A stretch of DNA of 59,859 nt, filler included, from Porpidia crustulata (lineage: Eukaryota): the NCBI GenBank assembly GCA_964255105.1. It is 3 parts of 3 records of this genome, joined end to end, with 100 filler letters (N's around TTAATTAATTAA, not from the genome) between each part and the next. Parts side by side here need not be neighbours in the genome. Positions count along the whole stretch, not along the records: positions 40,044 to 59,859 come from CAXUWE010000132.1; 2 more parts are not named here. One strand, written 5' to 3'. Position numbers and translations under genes: made by a program. The notes below the pieces were generated by a model that did no database searches, was not told the DNA's origin, and saw nothing but the letters and a program-made list of their open reading frames with translations. This document shows, piece by piece, positions 48,430-59,859 of the stretch (the stretch's first letter is position 1; every line of letters starts with the position of its first letter).

Positions 48430-49453
48430 TTAAACGTCCGACCACGTGTTTGGCACCGGCTTCCGCCCTGCCTGAAGGATACTTGGCTGCTGCCGGGAAG
48501 GCGATGATCTTGAGTTACAGACTGTCCCCAATTTTTGTGGCTCGTATGCCGACGATGGTGGGGCATATCTCGTGCTTCCAGCAGGTGAATATGCCGAGTA
48601 TACTGGCTGAGCTGGCTGATCACTATAAGCCTGCTGCCGCTGGGCCGGGCTCCAGTGTGAATGGCCAGGCGGGTCATATTCTTGACCCTGTACGTGTGTA
48701 TTCCCTATGTCTCCTCCATCATACAGGCCGTGTTGTTCGTATTGATTACCCAGACCGTGGGAATCCGCCTCGGCGTATCCAGCTGTGGGCGAGGGAGCTT
48801 GAGTCGTCACGATAGGCGTCCGCTGCGCCTGCGCAGGATTCATCGTGCCCAACTCCATGTTGCCGTCATGCTCTTCCAAGACTTTCCTCGTGCTCGCAGT
48901 TTCCCAACTCGGCATCGCTGGTAACGCGTCCTCGTTCGCAGGCTTCTTGCTGACGTCAAACTGCGCGAACTGTGGAGATTCGTAGGTAGGCTGGTGTGGC
49001 GGTGGATTGTAGCCTTGATTGTTTGTAGTCCCTCGGTATCCCTGCTCACTTCCGGGAAGTGGTCCATACCCTGGAGCAACAGGAGATTGCTGATACCCCT
49101 GGTACGGCGCTGGTTGGAAATTCTGTGGAGGCGGATCGGCGTACTTTGGAGAGCGTTTATTGCGTCTGCCACCACCACAGCCACAGCAGGAGAAGCAGTC
49201 GCAACAGCAGGAAAGGCCGCAGCAGAGGCAACGAGCACAACACCAGATGATAGAGATGATTATGACAGATACGATTATTATGCCGATGATGACCGGCCAT
49301 CTGTTGTGGGAAAAAATGGATTAGCGTTGTAAGTGAGTAGGGGTTTGTAAACAGTCTTGGGAAGACTGACTTGCAATAAGCTTTTGACATGCAGGTATTC
49401 CAGCTGGAAACATTGACGCCTGGGATAGTAGCTCGGGGGGTTATGAGAGGCAT
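48430..49453 (-). CDS. Single-pass membrane protein with a Cys-rich juxtamembrane segment and a Pro/Gln/Tyr-rich tail (ascomycete 'fibroin-3 related' type)
   Basis: SSWNTCMSKAYCK|WPVIIGIIIVSVIIISIIWCCARCLCCGLSCCCDCFSCCGC, then QFAQFD...NEDALPAMPSW; one intron ~49301-49370. Confidence 0.75.
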
Positions 49454-50446
49454 GTTGGTGACGTATCAGGAGAGGACAGAGAAAGGGCTTGAAGTGGTCA
49501 AGAAGAGAGGCTTAGACCTTTCGCGCGGCGGCGAAGAGGGTAGACGTTAATGATCTGTAGAAATATTGATATAGAGAGAGTAAAGAAAGCAAAACAAAAG
49601 TTGAAGACTTCTTGCTGAGACAATGTATGTTGTATGACGCCTTTTGTCGCAGTATCCAGCTTGCGACGATGTGGTTCTTTGTCTCCAGTATGAGGGGCAG
49701 CTAATGATTGATGTGATTGATCGACAGGGGTCCAAGGCTTCCGCGGCTTATGGCTGACACCTTATTTTTAGGCGTAATCCTTCCCCGGATTCAACGACAA
49801 AAATCTTAATAACAACTACCAGACTGGTGGAATTATCGACACGCCATCATAGGTTCTTGGGCACAAAGCCTGAAGCATTCTTTGGCATCTGGACGAAAAG
49901 CGTGGGTGGTAATCAATGCATCAGTGCTTCTCGCACTTACTGAACTAAGCGGACCTTGATATACAATTGATGATCTACTACGTAAGGGGGAATGTTGTCT
50001 TTGATCTATTCAGTGACGTCGACCGAGGTCGAGAAAACATCCTGGATAAGATGCGAAGGACTGAGACGAAGAACAATCAGGAAGAGGGGTTAGACGGGGA
50101 AGGAAGGATTTGCTGCAGTGGCCAGGTCCATGGTACTCGGTCATCCCACCATGGTAAATTACCCCTAGGTAACAAGCCTAGAAAAGATCGCATAATCTCG
50201 GAAGATGACCTCTAAGAGATTCTAATTGTGGAAGTTGATCTTTGAGTCTGTGCAGACGTTCCATTCTCAGCCTTACCTATCGAGCGGGAAAGGAGCAAAT
50301 GGCTTCGTGTCGAAGACCGCAACAAGCTCCTTCTCATATTTGTCGTTCTTCGCTCAGCATAGAGCCTTAAGGACTCTGTGGAAGAGCCGTTTGTGAGCGT
50401 GAGACACTCCAAGATTCCTTTGAGAACATCCTTTCCAAGGCCCAGT

Positions 50447-52371
50447 TCACGATTTCAAGGAGAAATCATATTCTTTGAACGCCTTCTTGAAAGCCTCTGC
50501 ATCTCGCGCTTCCTCGGCTTCGGATTGCTGACAGTCCCTCCAGTTCATGCGTGATTCGAGTCCTAAGAGCTTAGCCATTACCCTTCGTCCAAATTGCAGG
50601 TCGAAACGAAATTCTGCTGATAGTGGAAGCACTAGGGAGACTTCTCTGCCATTCTCTGCTTTTCCATCACCCAACAAGGGACTTGGTCCTTCCACCTTTT
50701 GGTCTTTCCCGTTCAATACTGCTTCACCCGGCCTCCAGATCCACACTCGAAAGTAGTCTCCTTTCTCCATGGTGCCGTCACCGATTTCCTTTTTCTTGAA
50801 GATGGGATATTTCTCGTTCTCTGCTTCGACCTTAAATGCGGCTTCTACGAGCCCTTTCGTGATAAGGTCGGATGACACAGGCAAGAACTGCCAGTGAACG
50901 TGGATACCGTCCGCTCTGCTGACCTCCCAAGTCACCGCTCCGAGACTGTCTTTCGAGTTCTCTATCAATAGGCTGTGTAGAGCTAAGCGATATCGACGCA
51001 TCTCGTCGTAGGTTGCGGATCGTACGTCGTATTCTGAGATAGTCCCAATGGTAGGGGAGTGCGAAAGAGGTATTATGAGGATATGGGCAGGGAATCCAAG
51101 TGTTGAAAATGTTGATGCATTACTGAGTGGCCCCTTGGCTATGGTTAAGTATGTGTTGTCCGCGATGGATGTTATTAAATGAGTGGCTAGATTGGGGTTT
51201 GAAAGACAAAAAAAGCATTCCTGAGGTGTTGGTGGAGCCTGTCGAGCGCGCTTCGTAGGCCGGTTATCGTGATCATGACCTGCAAAGCGGGAAAATAGCT
51301 GTCCTTGAGGCGCGAGTCGCTGGCGTTTCTTGGTATGATCGGTAAATGGTGAGGCTGTAGTACCAGCGGGTATGGTAGAAACGGGGGCGGCTTTCGGATT
51401 GATTGAGAATGCGTATAGCCATTTCTGCTTCGCCGGGTTGTTGTAAGCAGCTAGGCTGATGAAACGTGTGATCTTCCTTTCATCCAGCTGCTCATTCTTG
51501 GGAGAGTGAAAGAAAGGCTCACGCTCATAGAATATCACATCGGATGTGCTGAAATGATAGCGAGGCTGAATAATTGAACAAAGATCGGCAATACATTGCT
51601 CTGCACTTGAGTCTTCTGCGCCACCCGGATTGTCCACTTTTGAATTTGTACGGACTTGTAGAGGCCATTGGCTTGTTATCAGAACATCGGCTGTATTTGC
51701 GCCATAAAGGGTTTTAACATCGCCTTCAGTATGAAAAGGGAGGTACTTGTCCTTCGATAGTCCTGCAGTAATGCCTGGGTCAAGGGAACCCCCTAGCGCG
51801 ACAATCCGTATCCCTTCCAAAGTCTTGGTTGTAGATCGTTTGCCTAGAAAGTATAAATTTGGACATAGTTCACCATCGGTATCATCAAGTTTGTCAATGA
51901 CCTGTTGAGGTAGAGCGTGACTACCAAGCGTGAAATATGTTGGGAATGGAATTGGGATATCGCCTCTCAGGAGTGCCGCAATCGCCTCTTCTTCGCCCGA
52001 AAATGATTCCGCTGGATCGGCAAACAAATCACCAAGGATTATAGCAAGGGAGAAAGAGTTTTTGGAATGCAGCTTGGTCAACTTTTCAAAGACCGGAGCG
52101 AGTTTCCCTTTAATGGCGCCAGTTACGACTCTATACACATATTAGCAATGCCAGGTTGACAAATCCCTATAAACCGCCTTGAGATGAGCGCTAGAGGGCC
52201 ACAAAGATTTTTATAAAGTCATATACAAGATTGTAGACTCGATTATTTATATAGAGTGTAGAGATTGTGCACAACGAAAAAGTGATATGAGAATAAACAC
52301 TGATAGGAGTCAGATTCAACAGAGAATAAAGGCCGTGTCGAGTTAGATTGTACTCACATTTTCGACGTCAT
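50447..52371 (-). CDS. DRN1: CwfJ-family protein Drn1/CWF19L1 (metallophosphoesterase-like plus CwfJ domains)
   Basis: MTSKI|VVTG (intron 52131-52357), IILGDLF, YFTLG, PRYHF, FYEREPF, TRFISLA, CFFCLSNP, HVHWQ and QFGRRVMA. Confidence 0.88.
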
Positions 52372-52582
52372 ACCCACCTCGCTTTTCGACTTCTTTGGAT
52401 GCGAAGATGAAAATCAAGGTCGGGGTCATGGGGCTTAGGGCTTCGGCTACGTCCTCAAGTATTGGTGGAGACCGCGGCAAATGCGCTTAAATAGCTTTAT
52501 ATCAAAACTTTTTGGCCGGTTCACGAGTCCGCCTTGTATTTCCCGCCAAAAGCTCAAATCGCAAACAAGCGGGCCGTAGAAT

Positions 52583-55500
52583 ATGGCAGCGATGTCTTCC
52601 GGGACAAGAGGAAGACCAACTAAGAAATTGAAGGGTGGCACAACTTCTACAAGAAAACATCGGTTTGAAACTTTCACACAGCGGATTGCAAAGCTCGATA
52701 TCAATCCAATACGTCGAGTGCGCAATGATGATATAGATCACGGGGACGTCAATATCACGACATCGTTCTTCAAAACGGGTATAGACAGGTGGAAGAACTT
52801 GAATCTTTCGGAGAATTTTACAGATTTTGTTCGAGAGGCAGAGCCCTTGAGTGACAGTTTGCCACAAATTCTCCATCACAGTGATCGTATTCTTGATCTA
52901 CTGGTCGTCTACATCGAAAAGCGAGATTCCCAGTCCTTAGAGCCGTTATTCAGCCTCTTGGGGAACTTTGCCCATGATTTAGGAACGCAGTTTGAAAAGC
53001 ACTTTTTGCAGGCTGTAAAGCTAGTTGTATCTCTGGCTACCGCGCATGTCGACGTGCAGGTCATAGAATGGAGTTTTACGTGCTTGGCATGGCTTTTCAA
53101 ATATTTATCGCGCCTTCTAGTTCCGGATCTAGGACCGCTATTCCAGATCATGGCGCCGCTATTGGGAAGAGAACCACAGAAGACGCACATTCTGAGGTTC
53201 TCAGCAGAGGCCATGTCGTTCCTGGTCAGAAGAGCAGCGCTCGCATACCATAGGAATCCGAGCCCACTAAAGATCATAGTTGACTACATCTTAACTGACA
53301 CTAAATCCTTACCAGGACACATAGAAGTTCTTGAAAGCTACCAGCTTGGCCTAATGACACTACTTGTTGATTCTATGAAAGGCATTGATAGGAACTTACA
53401 TTCCTGTGGGGACTCCATATATCGTTGTCTCCTCGAAGGTATTTTGGATATGCATGGTGACTGGTCATCGGCCCATCAAGAAATCCTCAATGGAGTAACC
53501 ATAGGCTTACTACACCACACTGATTCTATCACTTTCCAACCGATCTTGGATATTATCCTTCCAGGTATCGAAAACAAAAGTACAACGACTGACAGAAATA
53601 TGTCGGTCTTTGAAGAGTTGTTATTCATTGTTGTTACAGTAAGAAAAGGTTCGAGAATACGGAATTGGTATTCATTATTCGATGCCTTGCGGTCATTACT
53701 TGCATTCCGTAAAACGTCCGCGATCAAAAATCCTCAGACGGTATACAAAGCTGCTGCAGTACTTCTTCAAAGCGCACCCCTAGAGAATGTTATCTGTACA
53801 CATCGCCAGATCCTGGATATGATAGCAGATGATTGCAATACCGAAGCATTTCTTTCATTTTGCAGTTATTTCAGTGATCTAGGCCGCGAGCGGCTTCAAG
53901 ATTTGCTTTCTCCATACATTTCTAGGTAATCTCCACCATTTTTGTATACGCTAAGTATTGCTAACTGTGTGGTAGATTTGTTACCTCTCAATGGAAAAGT
54001 AACGAATTCGGGTTATGCCGTTTATTACCCAAAGTCCTCACAATTGAAGATAGTAAATTAATATGCCCAGAAGCCTGGCAGGACCAAATGGTTAAGACTT
54101 TTAGAAATGCTGAAGTCAACGAAGACCTCATTCCTCAATGTAGCGCGTATCTTGAGCTCATGAAAATTATATCTGTATCTTCCTCAGCCACCGACCAGAT
54201 CATGCAAGCGATAAGCAATATGGTTGAACAGAGCTTGAATTTACAAACCAAGAGTGATACTCGGACTGTTTTTAGCCTCGGCGAAGGCTTGAAGAATTTT
54301 GCGCTGTACAAAACGAAAATCGATAGTGGCATACCGCCGATGTTGGCCTCAATTTTCGATGTTGCTAGTCACTACGCAAGTCTGCCACCATACCTGGAAG
54401 CAGTACTTATTCTAGTCGAATCGAGTCGGGCTGATGATATGAAAAACAACTTCGATACGCTGATGGGCTTCTTAGTAGATAACTTGCACTCTTCATCTCA
54501 CCTGCTTCGACATCTCTCCCTCCAAATCATTCAGGCTATGTACGTGAAATGTCACCGCCAGAACCCGGAAATCATTGCTACGGCGCTTGCGATTGAATCA
54601 AGTCCACTGGATCTACAATCAGCTCGTTTGGCCTCAATGCATGTCCGGAAGCTCTCCTCGCAATACGTCTCGACCTCGTCAGACCTCTGGCTCCAGAGAG
54701 CCATCGCGCACTTTTGCTTTGGCTTGTTGACATTCAAGCTGTCTCAACTTTGGGCTGACGCCATTGACGTAATAAAGGAGATCTGTAACACTAAGATTGG
54801 TGAGACACTGGTGTCAGAGCTGGCTTTTCTATGGCTAGAGCAGCTTCAGCCATCGAACTCAATTGAAGGAAATATTCCCGTCAAGGAGTCTCCACGAGAA
54901 TATCTAAGTCCTTTTCAATGCTCGAATCTCATCCACATAGACGGTATAATGGAGTCAGATATCATTGAAATCAAAACGGCTCTAGAGCTGATACAGAAAA
55001 GGTTCAAACCGGCCCATCAATTTGCTTCCAATAACGTAGCTGAAGCCCCGTCTCTTGCTCTTAAAGTTCTTCTCGGGGTCCCTCAAGTCGCCGAAAAACG
55101 ATCTCGGCAGCTTGTGCCGATCTTCTTATATTGGGCTACCGATCAGACGGAAGACAGCGCCGTCGACGACCTAGAGACCACAGAAACCTCAATCTATGAG
55201 GAGGGACTAAATTACCCTAAGCTAGCTCGGAAAGATCAAAAAGCTATGCTCAATCTTTTTGAAAATTTCAATAATCCACAAGCCTTATATCGATCTTCGG
55301 AGGTCTTTGAGGCCTTGAAAAGTTTACTTGCCAACGGAGACGCTGAAGTGCAGAAGTCTGCCTTGAAGGTCATCTTTACATGGAAGCTTCAAGCCATAAT
55401 ACCTTACCAGGAGAACCTGCTGAACATTCTTGACGACGCACGATTCAGAGAGGAGATTTCGACATTTGTGCACGTTGATAGTAGCACTAGCATAATACAG

Positions 55501-58500
55501 CAAGACCACCAAGATGAGATCGTTCCGATCCTGCTTAGGATTCTTTATGGTAAAATAATTGCAAGAACAGGTACAGCCAGCGGCAAAAAGGGGCAGGCTA
55601 TGAAAAGGCGGGCAGTGATAGAAGCTTTGTCTCGATTCCGTGAACGAGATCTTGAGGAATTTGTCAATATCGCCCTTGGACCACTGAATCGCCTGAGTAT
55701 TAGTAGCAAGTCATGCCTGGATGAAGATGCCCTAACCCGGGAAATTTTGAGCGTCCGGAAGCAGGTAGGCCTGGTCAATATGATGAAAGATATATTTGAA
55801 ACCCTCGGGAATCAGCTTAGCCCATTCACGACTAGGCTAATAGAAGCGCTCTTGTATTGTATGATTAGGGCTGTACGCTCTCTGGCCACGTCGCCGAAAG
55901 TGTTCTCTCAGGAGACTCGTGAAAGCTCTCAAATTTCATTGCTCAAGGCACTGCGGCAGACTGGACTGCAATGCCTCACCTTGATGTTTAGTCATTGTCC
56001 AACGAAGCTGCTCAAGCCATATTTGCCGGTCATATTTACAGAGCTCATCAACCCTCGTCTTGAGAGACTTTCCATCCACACGGCACAATCGGTATCAGGA
56101 ATGCTGCAGCTGTTCTCAACATGGGCATCGTTCCAAGATATGGTCTTATTCCTAGCAGAGTATAACCCCCAGACGATTAAGTCAATCGTGACTTGTCTGA
56201 ACGTCCCTTCGGCGAAGGATGAGGTTATATTATTCGTCTTGGAAGATATATTGAAGAAGATTGTCCGCCAATACCAGCCAACAGATGACCCGGTGAATGG
56301 CACGGACAAAGTCGATGGTCTAAACATGACAATACTGGAAAAGGTCTTACACCCGAATATGGACGACGTCCTCAATGGTATTGAGAGCCTCCTTCGGAAA
56401 AGCCCTAGCAAGGAGTCGCTGCGATCCGCGATACAGCTCGTTTCGATGCTGGCGCCTTTAGTTCAAGGCTCATCTCAGGTAGGCAATCTTATCGAAGTGT
56501 TGACATTCCTTCTGGATCAGCCATCCCATCGAATAAGTCCTCAGTCTAAGGGGGATCTATTGCAAATACTCCAGCATTTTGTACCGTTATACGATCTCCC
56601 TCCTGGTAGTGTTTTGCGAGAACGGATCTATCGTACTGTTTCTTCCCTCTTCGGATACTTTAAAGATAGAGCCAATCGAGAGATACTATCTCAGGTTCTC
56701 TCTGTTCTGGCAGATAAGGACGAAGATCTTACTAGTGTCGCGAACCTGTGCCGTAGCTTGAACTCCTTCTCTACTTCGAAGGTGGATGAACCCGATTTCG
56801 ACGAGAGATCAAAGGCCTTCAACATTATCAATGAGAAAAGCTTTCTAAACTTCAGTTCTAAGCAATGGCGTCCTCTGGTGTATAACATGATATTTTATGT
56901 GAGAGACAACGAGGAATTAGCCATAAGAGCTAATGCATCTTTTGCCCTACGACGTTTCGTGGAGACCAACCCGGTCGGTCTCAGGAAGACGCCGAGTTCT
57001 CACGAGGACCTTTTGAAAACTGTTCTCCTACCGGCCCTTCGCACCGGCGCTTTCGCACCCTCGGAAATAGTCCGCACAGAATACTTGAGTATCATGGCTC
57101 ACCTAATACGCCATAATCCTCATTGGGAGGAAGTCTGTGATATGTCTATTTTGCTCGTCAAAGACGACGAGGAAGCTTCTTTCTTCGGGAACATACTACA
57201 TATTCAGCAACATCGCCGCCTTCGCGCTCTACGTCGCTTGGCTACCGAGGCGCGTAATGGGCAATTGCGTAGTACTAACGTGGCTTATTTCTTTGTGCCT
57301 CTTATCGAACATTTTATCTTCGACAAGGGTGACGATGAAAATGCACATAATCTCAGTGCCGAGGCCGTTTTGACCATTGGAGCGCTGATTTGCTCTCTAG
57401 AGTGGCCACAATTCAAAGCCCAATTCCGTAGGTACAGTAGTTATATACAGAGTAAGCCAGATCTTGAAAAAAGCATCATCAAGCTCCTTGGTGTTATCAT
57501 TGACGCTTTGACCTACGCCGCAGAAACTAAAGGGACACACAATCAAAAGGAGGCTCAGAACGGTTTCACTCCTGCGACCATGCTTTCAGTGACAACGCCC
57601 AAGCAAGAGAAGCTCGCTTATGATCTTTCTAAAGATCTCCTTCCATCTCTTTTAAGATATCTGCACGAGAAGGACGAGTCTACTGTGAGCCTTCGTGTGC
57701 CCGTTGCAGTATCTGTGGTTAAATTGTTGAAACTTCTACCCGCTGATCAGTTGAAAGACCGCCTGCCACCAGTCTTGACAGACGTCTGTCACATCTTACG
57801 CAGCCGGGCCCAGGAATCAAGAGACATGACGCGGAAGACGTTAGTGGACATATCGACGCTTATAGGCCCTGCATATTTCGGTTTCGTGCTAAAAGAATTA
57901 CGAAGTTCACTTGCAAGAGGGTATCAGTTACACGTTCTTTCATTTACCATGCATTCAATACTCGTGGCAACAGCTTCAATATTTAAGCCTGGTGATCTAG
58001 ATTACTGCCTTCCCCAAATCGTTTCGATCATAATGGATGACATCTTTGGTGCCACTGGCCAAGAGAAAGACGCAGAGGAATATATCAGCAAGATGAAAGA
58101 GGTTAAGAGCAGCAAAAGCAATGACTCCATGGAGCTTGTCGCAAAAACTGCCACCGTCAAGAATTTTGTGCATCTGATTAGACCAATGCAGACCTTATTA
58201 CAAGAAAAGTTGGATCTGAAGATGGTGAAGAAAATCGATGAGCTTCTTCGGCGGATTGGTGTTGGGTTGCTTCGTAACGAAGCCATCAACGATCACCAAG
58301 TCCTAGTTTTCTGCCATGAGCTCCTGCAGGAGGTGTACAAGACTGGTGGACCATCCGCAAAAAGAAGCTCTCGAGAAGACAATCCCATGAAAAAATTCCT
58401 GATCAACGCGAAGGGAGCTAACAGACGTGGACAACGTGGGACAACCTCCTCGAACAGTCACAAGCTAGCACGATTTGCTCTAGACCTACTGCGATCTGTC

Positions 58501-59859
58501 TTACAAAAATATGACGTTTTACAAACGCCTGCCAATATATCCGGCTTTCTACCAATAATTGGCGATGCTATTGTCCAGGCAAACGAAGAGGTTCAGATAT
58601 CTGCGCTTCGCTTACTCACTGCCATCATCAAGGTTCCTCTCAAGGCTATCAATGACAATGTACCTATCTATGTCGCTGAATGTGTTAAAATATTCAAGTC
58701 TACTACTTCTACCAACGCTGAGATTGCGCAAGCTGCTTTGAAGCTAGTTTCTGCTATTCTTCGCGAGCGAAAGGGCGTGACGGTCAGGGAGAACGACGTG
58801 GCTTACCTTTTGAAACGCCTCATACCTGACTTGGAGGAACCCGGTCGTCAAGGGGTGACATTCAATTTTCTCAAAGCAGTCGTGGGGCGCAAGATCGTTA
58901 TTACAGAAGTCTACGAAGTCCTGGACACGGTTGCTACAATCATGGTAACAAATCAAACAAGAGGAGCTCGCGACTTAGCTCGCGGAGTGTACTTCCAATT
59001 CATGATGGATTATCCACAGGGGAAAGGGCGCTTCTCTAAGCAACTAGGCTTTCTCGTCACGAACCTTGATTACAAGCATCAAGAGGGTCGTCAGTCTGTA
59101 ATGGAAGCTATCCACTTGCTGTTCCTCAAAGTGGGCGAGGATCTGATACAGGAAATTATTGGTACCTTCTTCGTGCCTCTAGTTATGGTCATCGTCAACG
59201 ACGAGTCACCACAATGCCGGGAAATGGCTGGTGCCTTACTTAAGACCTTATTCGAGCGTGCGAGTGATGAGAAAATGCAGTCGTTCCTGTTCATACTTCG
59301 CTCCTGGCTCAGTCAAGCCGATCAGCCTCTACTTACTAGGGTTGCCCTTCAGTCTTACTGCCTGTGTCTAGAAACAAATGGACCAAGAGTCAAGGAGATA
59401 CCACAACTTCAACAACACATTACGGAGATCCTAAAGAGTAACCTTATTGACACCACCACCGCAGACTGGGAGCTCATCTACTTTGCTCTCCAAACCTTTA
59501 CCAAAATCTGCCAGCAATCGCCTTCCACTGCCTTTGCACAAACCACCGCGCCTCTATGGGCCAGCATCTCCCAAACTCTTTCCTTTCCACACGCCTGGGT
59601 CAAACTCTCCGCCGCCAAACTACTAGGAACTTACTTTGCTGACTTCGTCCGCACAAACACTGAATCTCAAAAAGTCCAGCTGCCCCTCAAGGGCTCTGGC
59701 GGCCTAGAGCTCACGGAGCAGGAGATGACATCCTTGACTCTGACATCTCTAAACTCCCTCAAAGTCCCCAACGTAAGCTCCGAGCTTGCAGCCCAGAGCG
59801 TGCGCAACCTTGTCTTCCTGGGAAAGCAACTCGGTGCCGCAAATGCGCTCTGGCCTGCC
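52583..59859 (+). CDS. UTP20: U3 snoRNP/SSU processome HEAT-repeat protein Utp20, 3' end beyond window
   Basis: HRFETFTQRI, SLPQILHH, FAHDLG. After intron 53926-53975 the frame gives HIQQHRRLRAL, LRSRAQESRD, RGYQLHVLSFT and DIFG...EKDAEEY and appears open to the window end. Confidence 0.93.

Noticed and set aside
49960..50420. Short ORFs between the Cys-rich gene and DRN1
   Set aside because: No coherent frame or family motif; probably UTR or promoter sequence.

Overview
Eukaryotic, intron-containing DNA from a filamentous ascomycete (Pezizomycotina; GT-AG introns with CTRAC branch sites). The window is three contigs (1-19962, 20063-39943, 40044-59859; lengths 19962/19881/19816) joined by artificial 100-nt N44-TTAATTAATTAA-N44 spacers, so adjacency across a spacer means nothing. 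Contig 1 carries a SAD-1/RrpB-type RNA-dependent RNA polymerase, an uncharacterised coiled-coil protein, D-lactate dehydrogenase, a multiply disabled aspartate-semialdehyde dehydrogenase (HOM2) pseudogene, RPS4 and a double-Myb telobox (Tay1/Teb1-like) gene. Contig 2 carries ARL8, the RNA polymerase I second subunit, a gene-poor stretch with an LTR-retrotransposon relic, an eisosome PilB-like gene and a repeat-decorated DUF726 protein. Contig 3 carries adenylate cyclase, a Cys-rich single-pass membrane protein, DRN1/CWF19L1 and a partial UTP20. The two most striking observations are (1) a 39-bp near-perfect hairpin built around telomeric TAGGGTTAGGG/CCTAACCCTA just upstream of the putative telomere-repeat-binding Myb gene, and (2) decay of the normally conserved HOM2 gene between intact housekeeping neighbours. 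All gene calls rest on recognised motifs and hand-traced splice sites; no database search was run.
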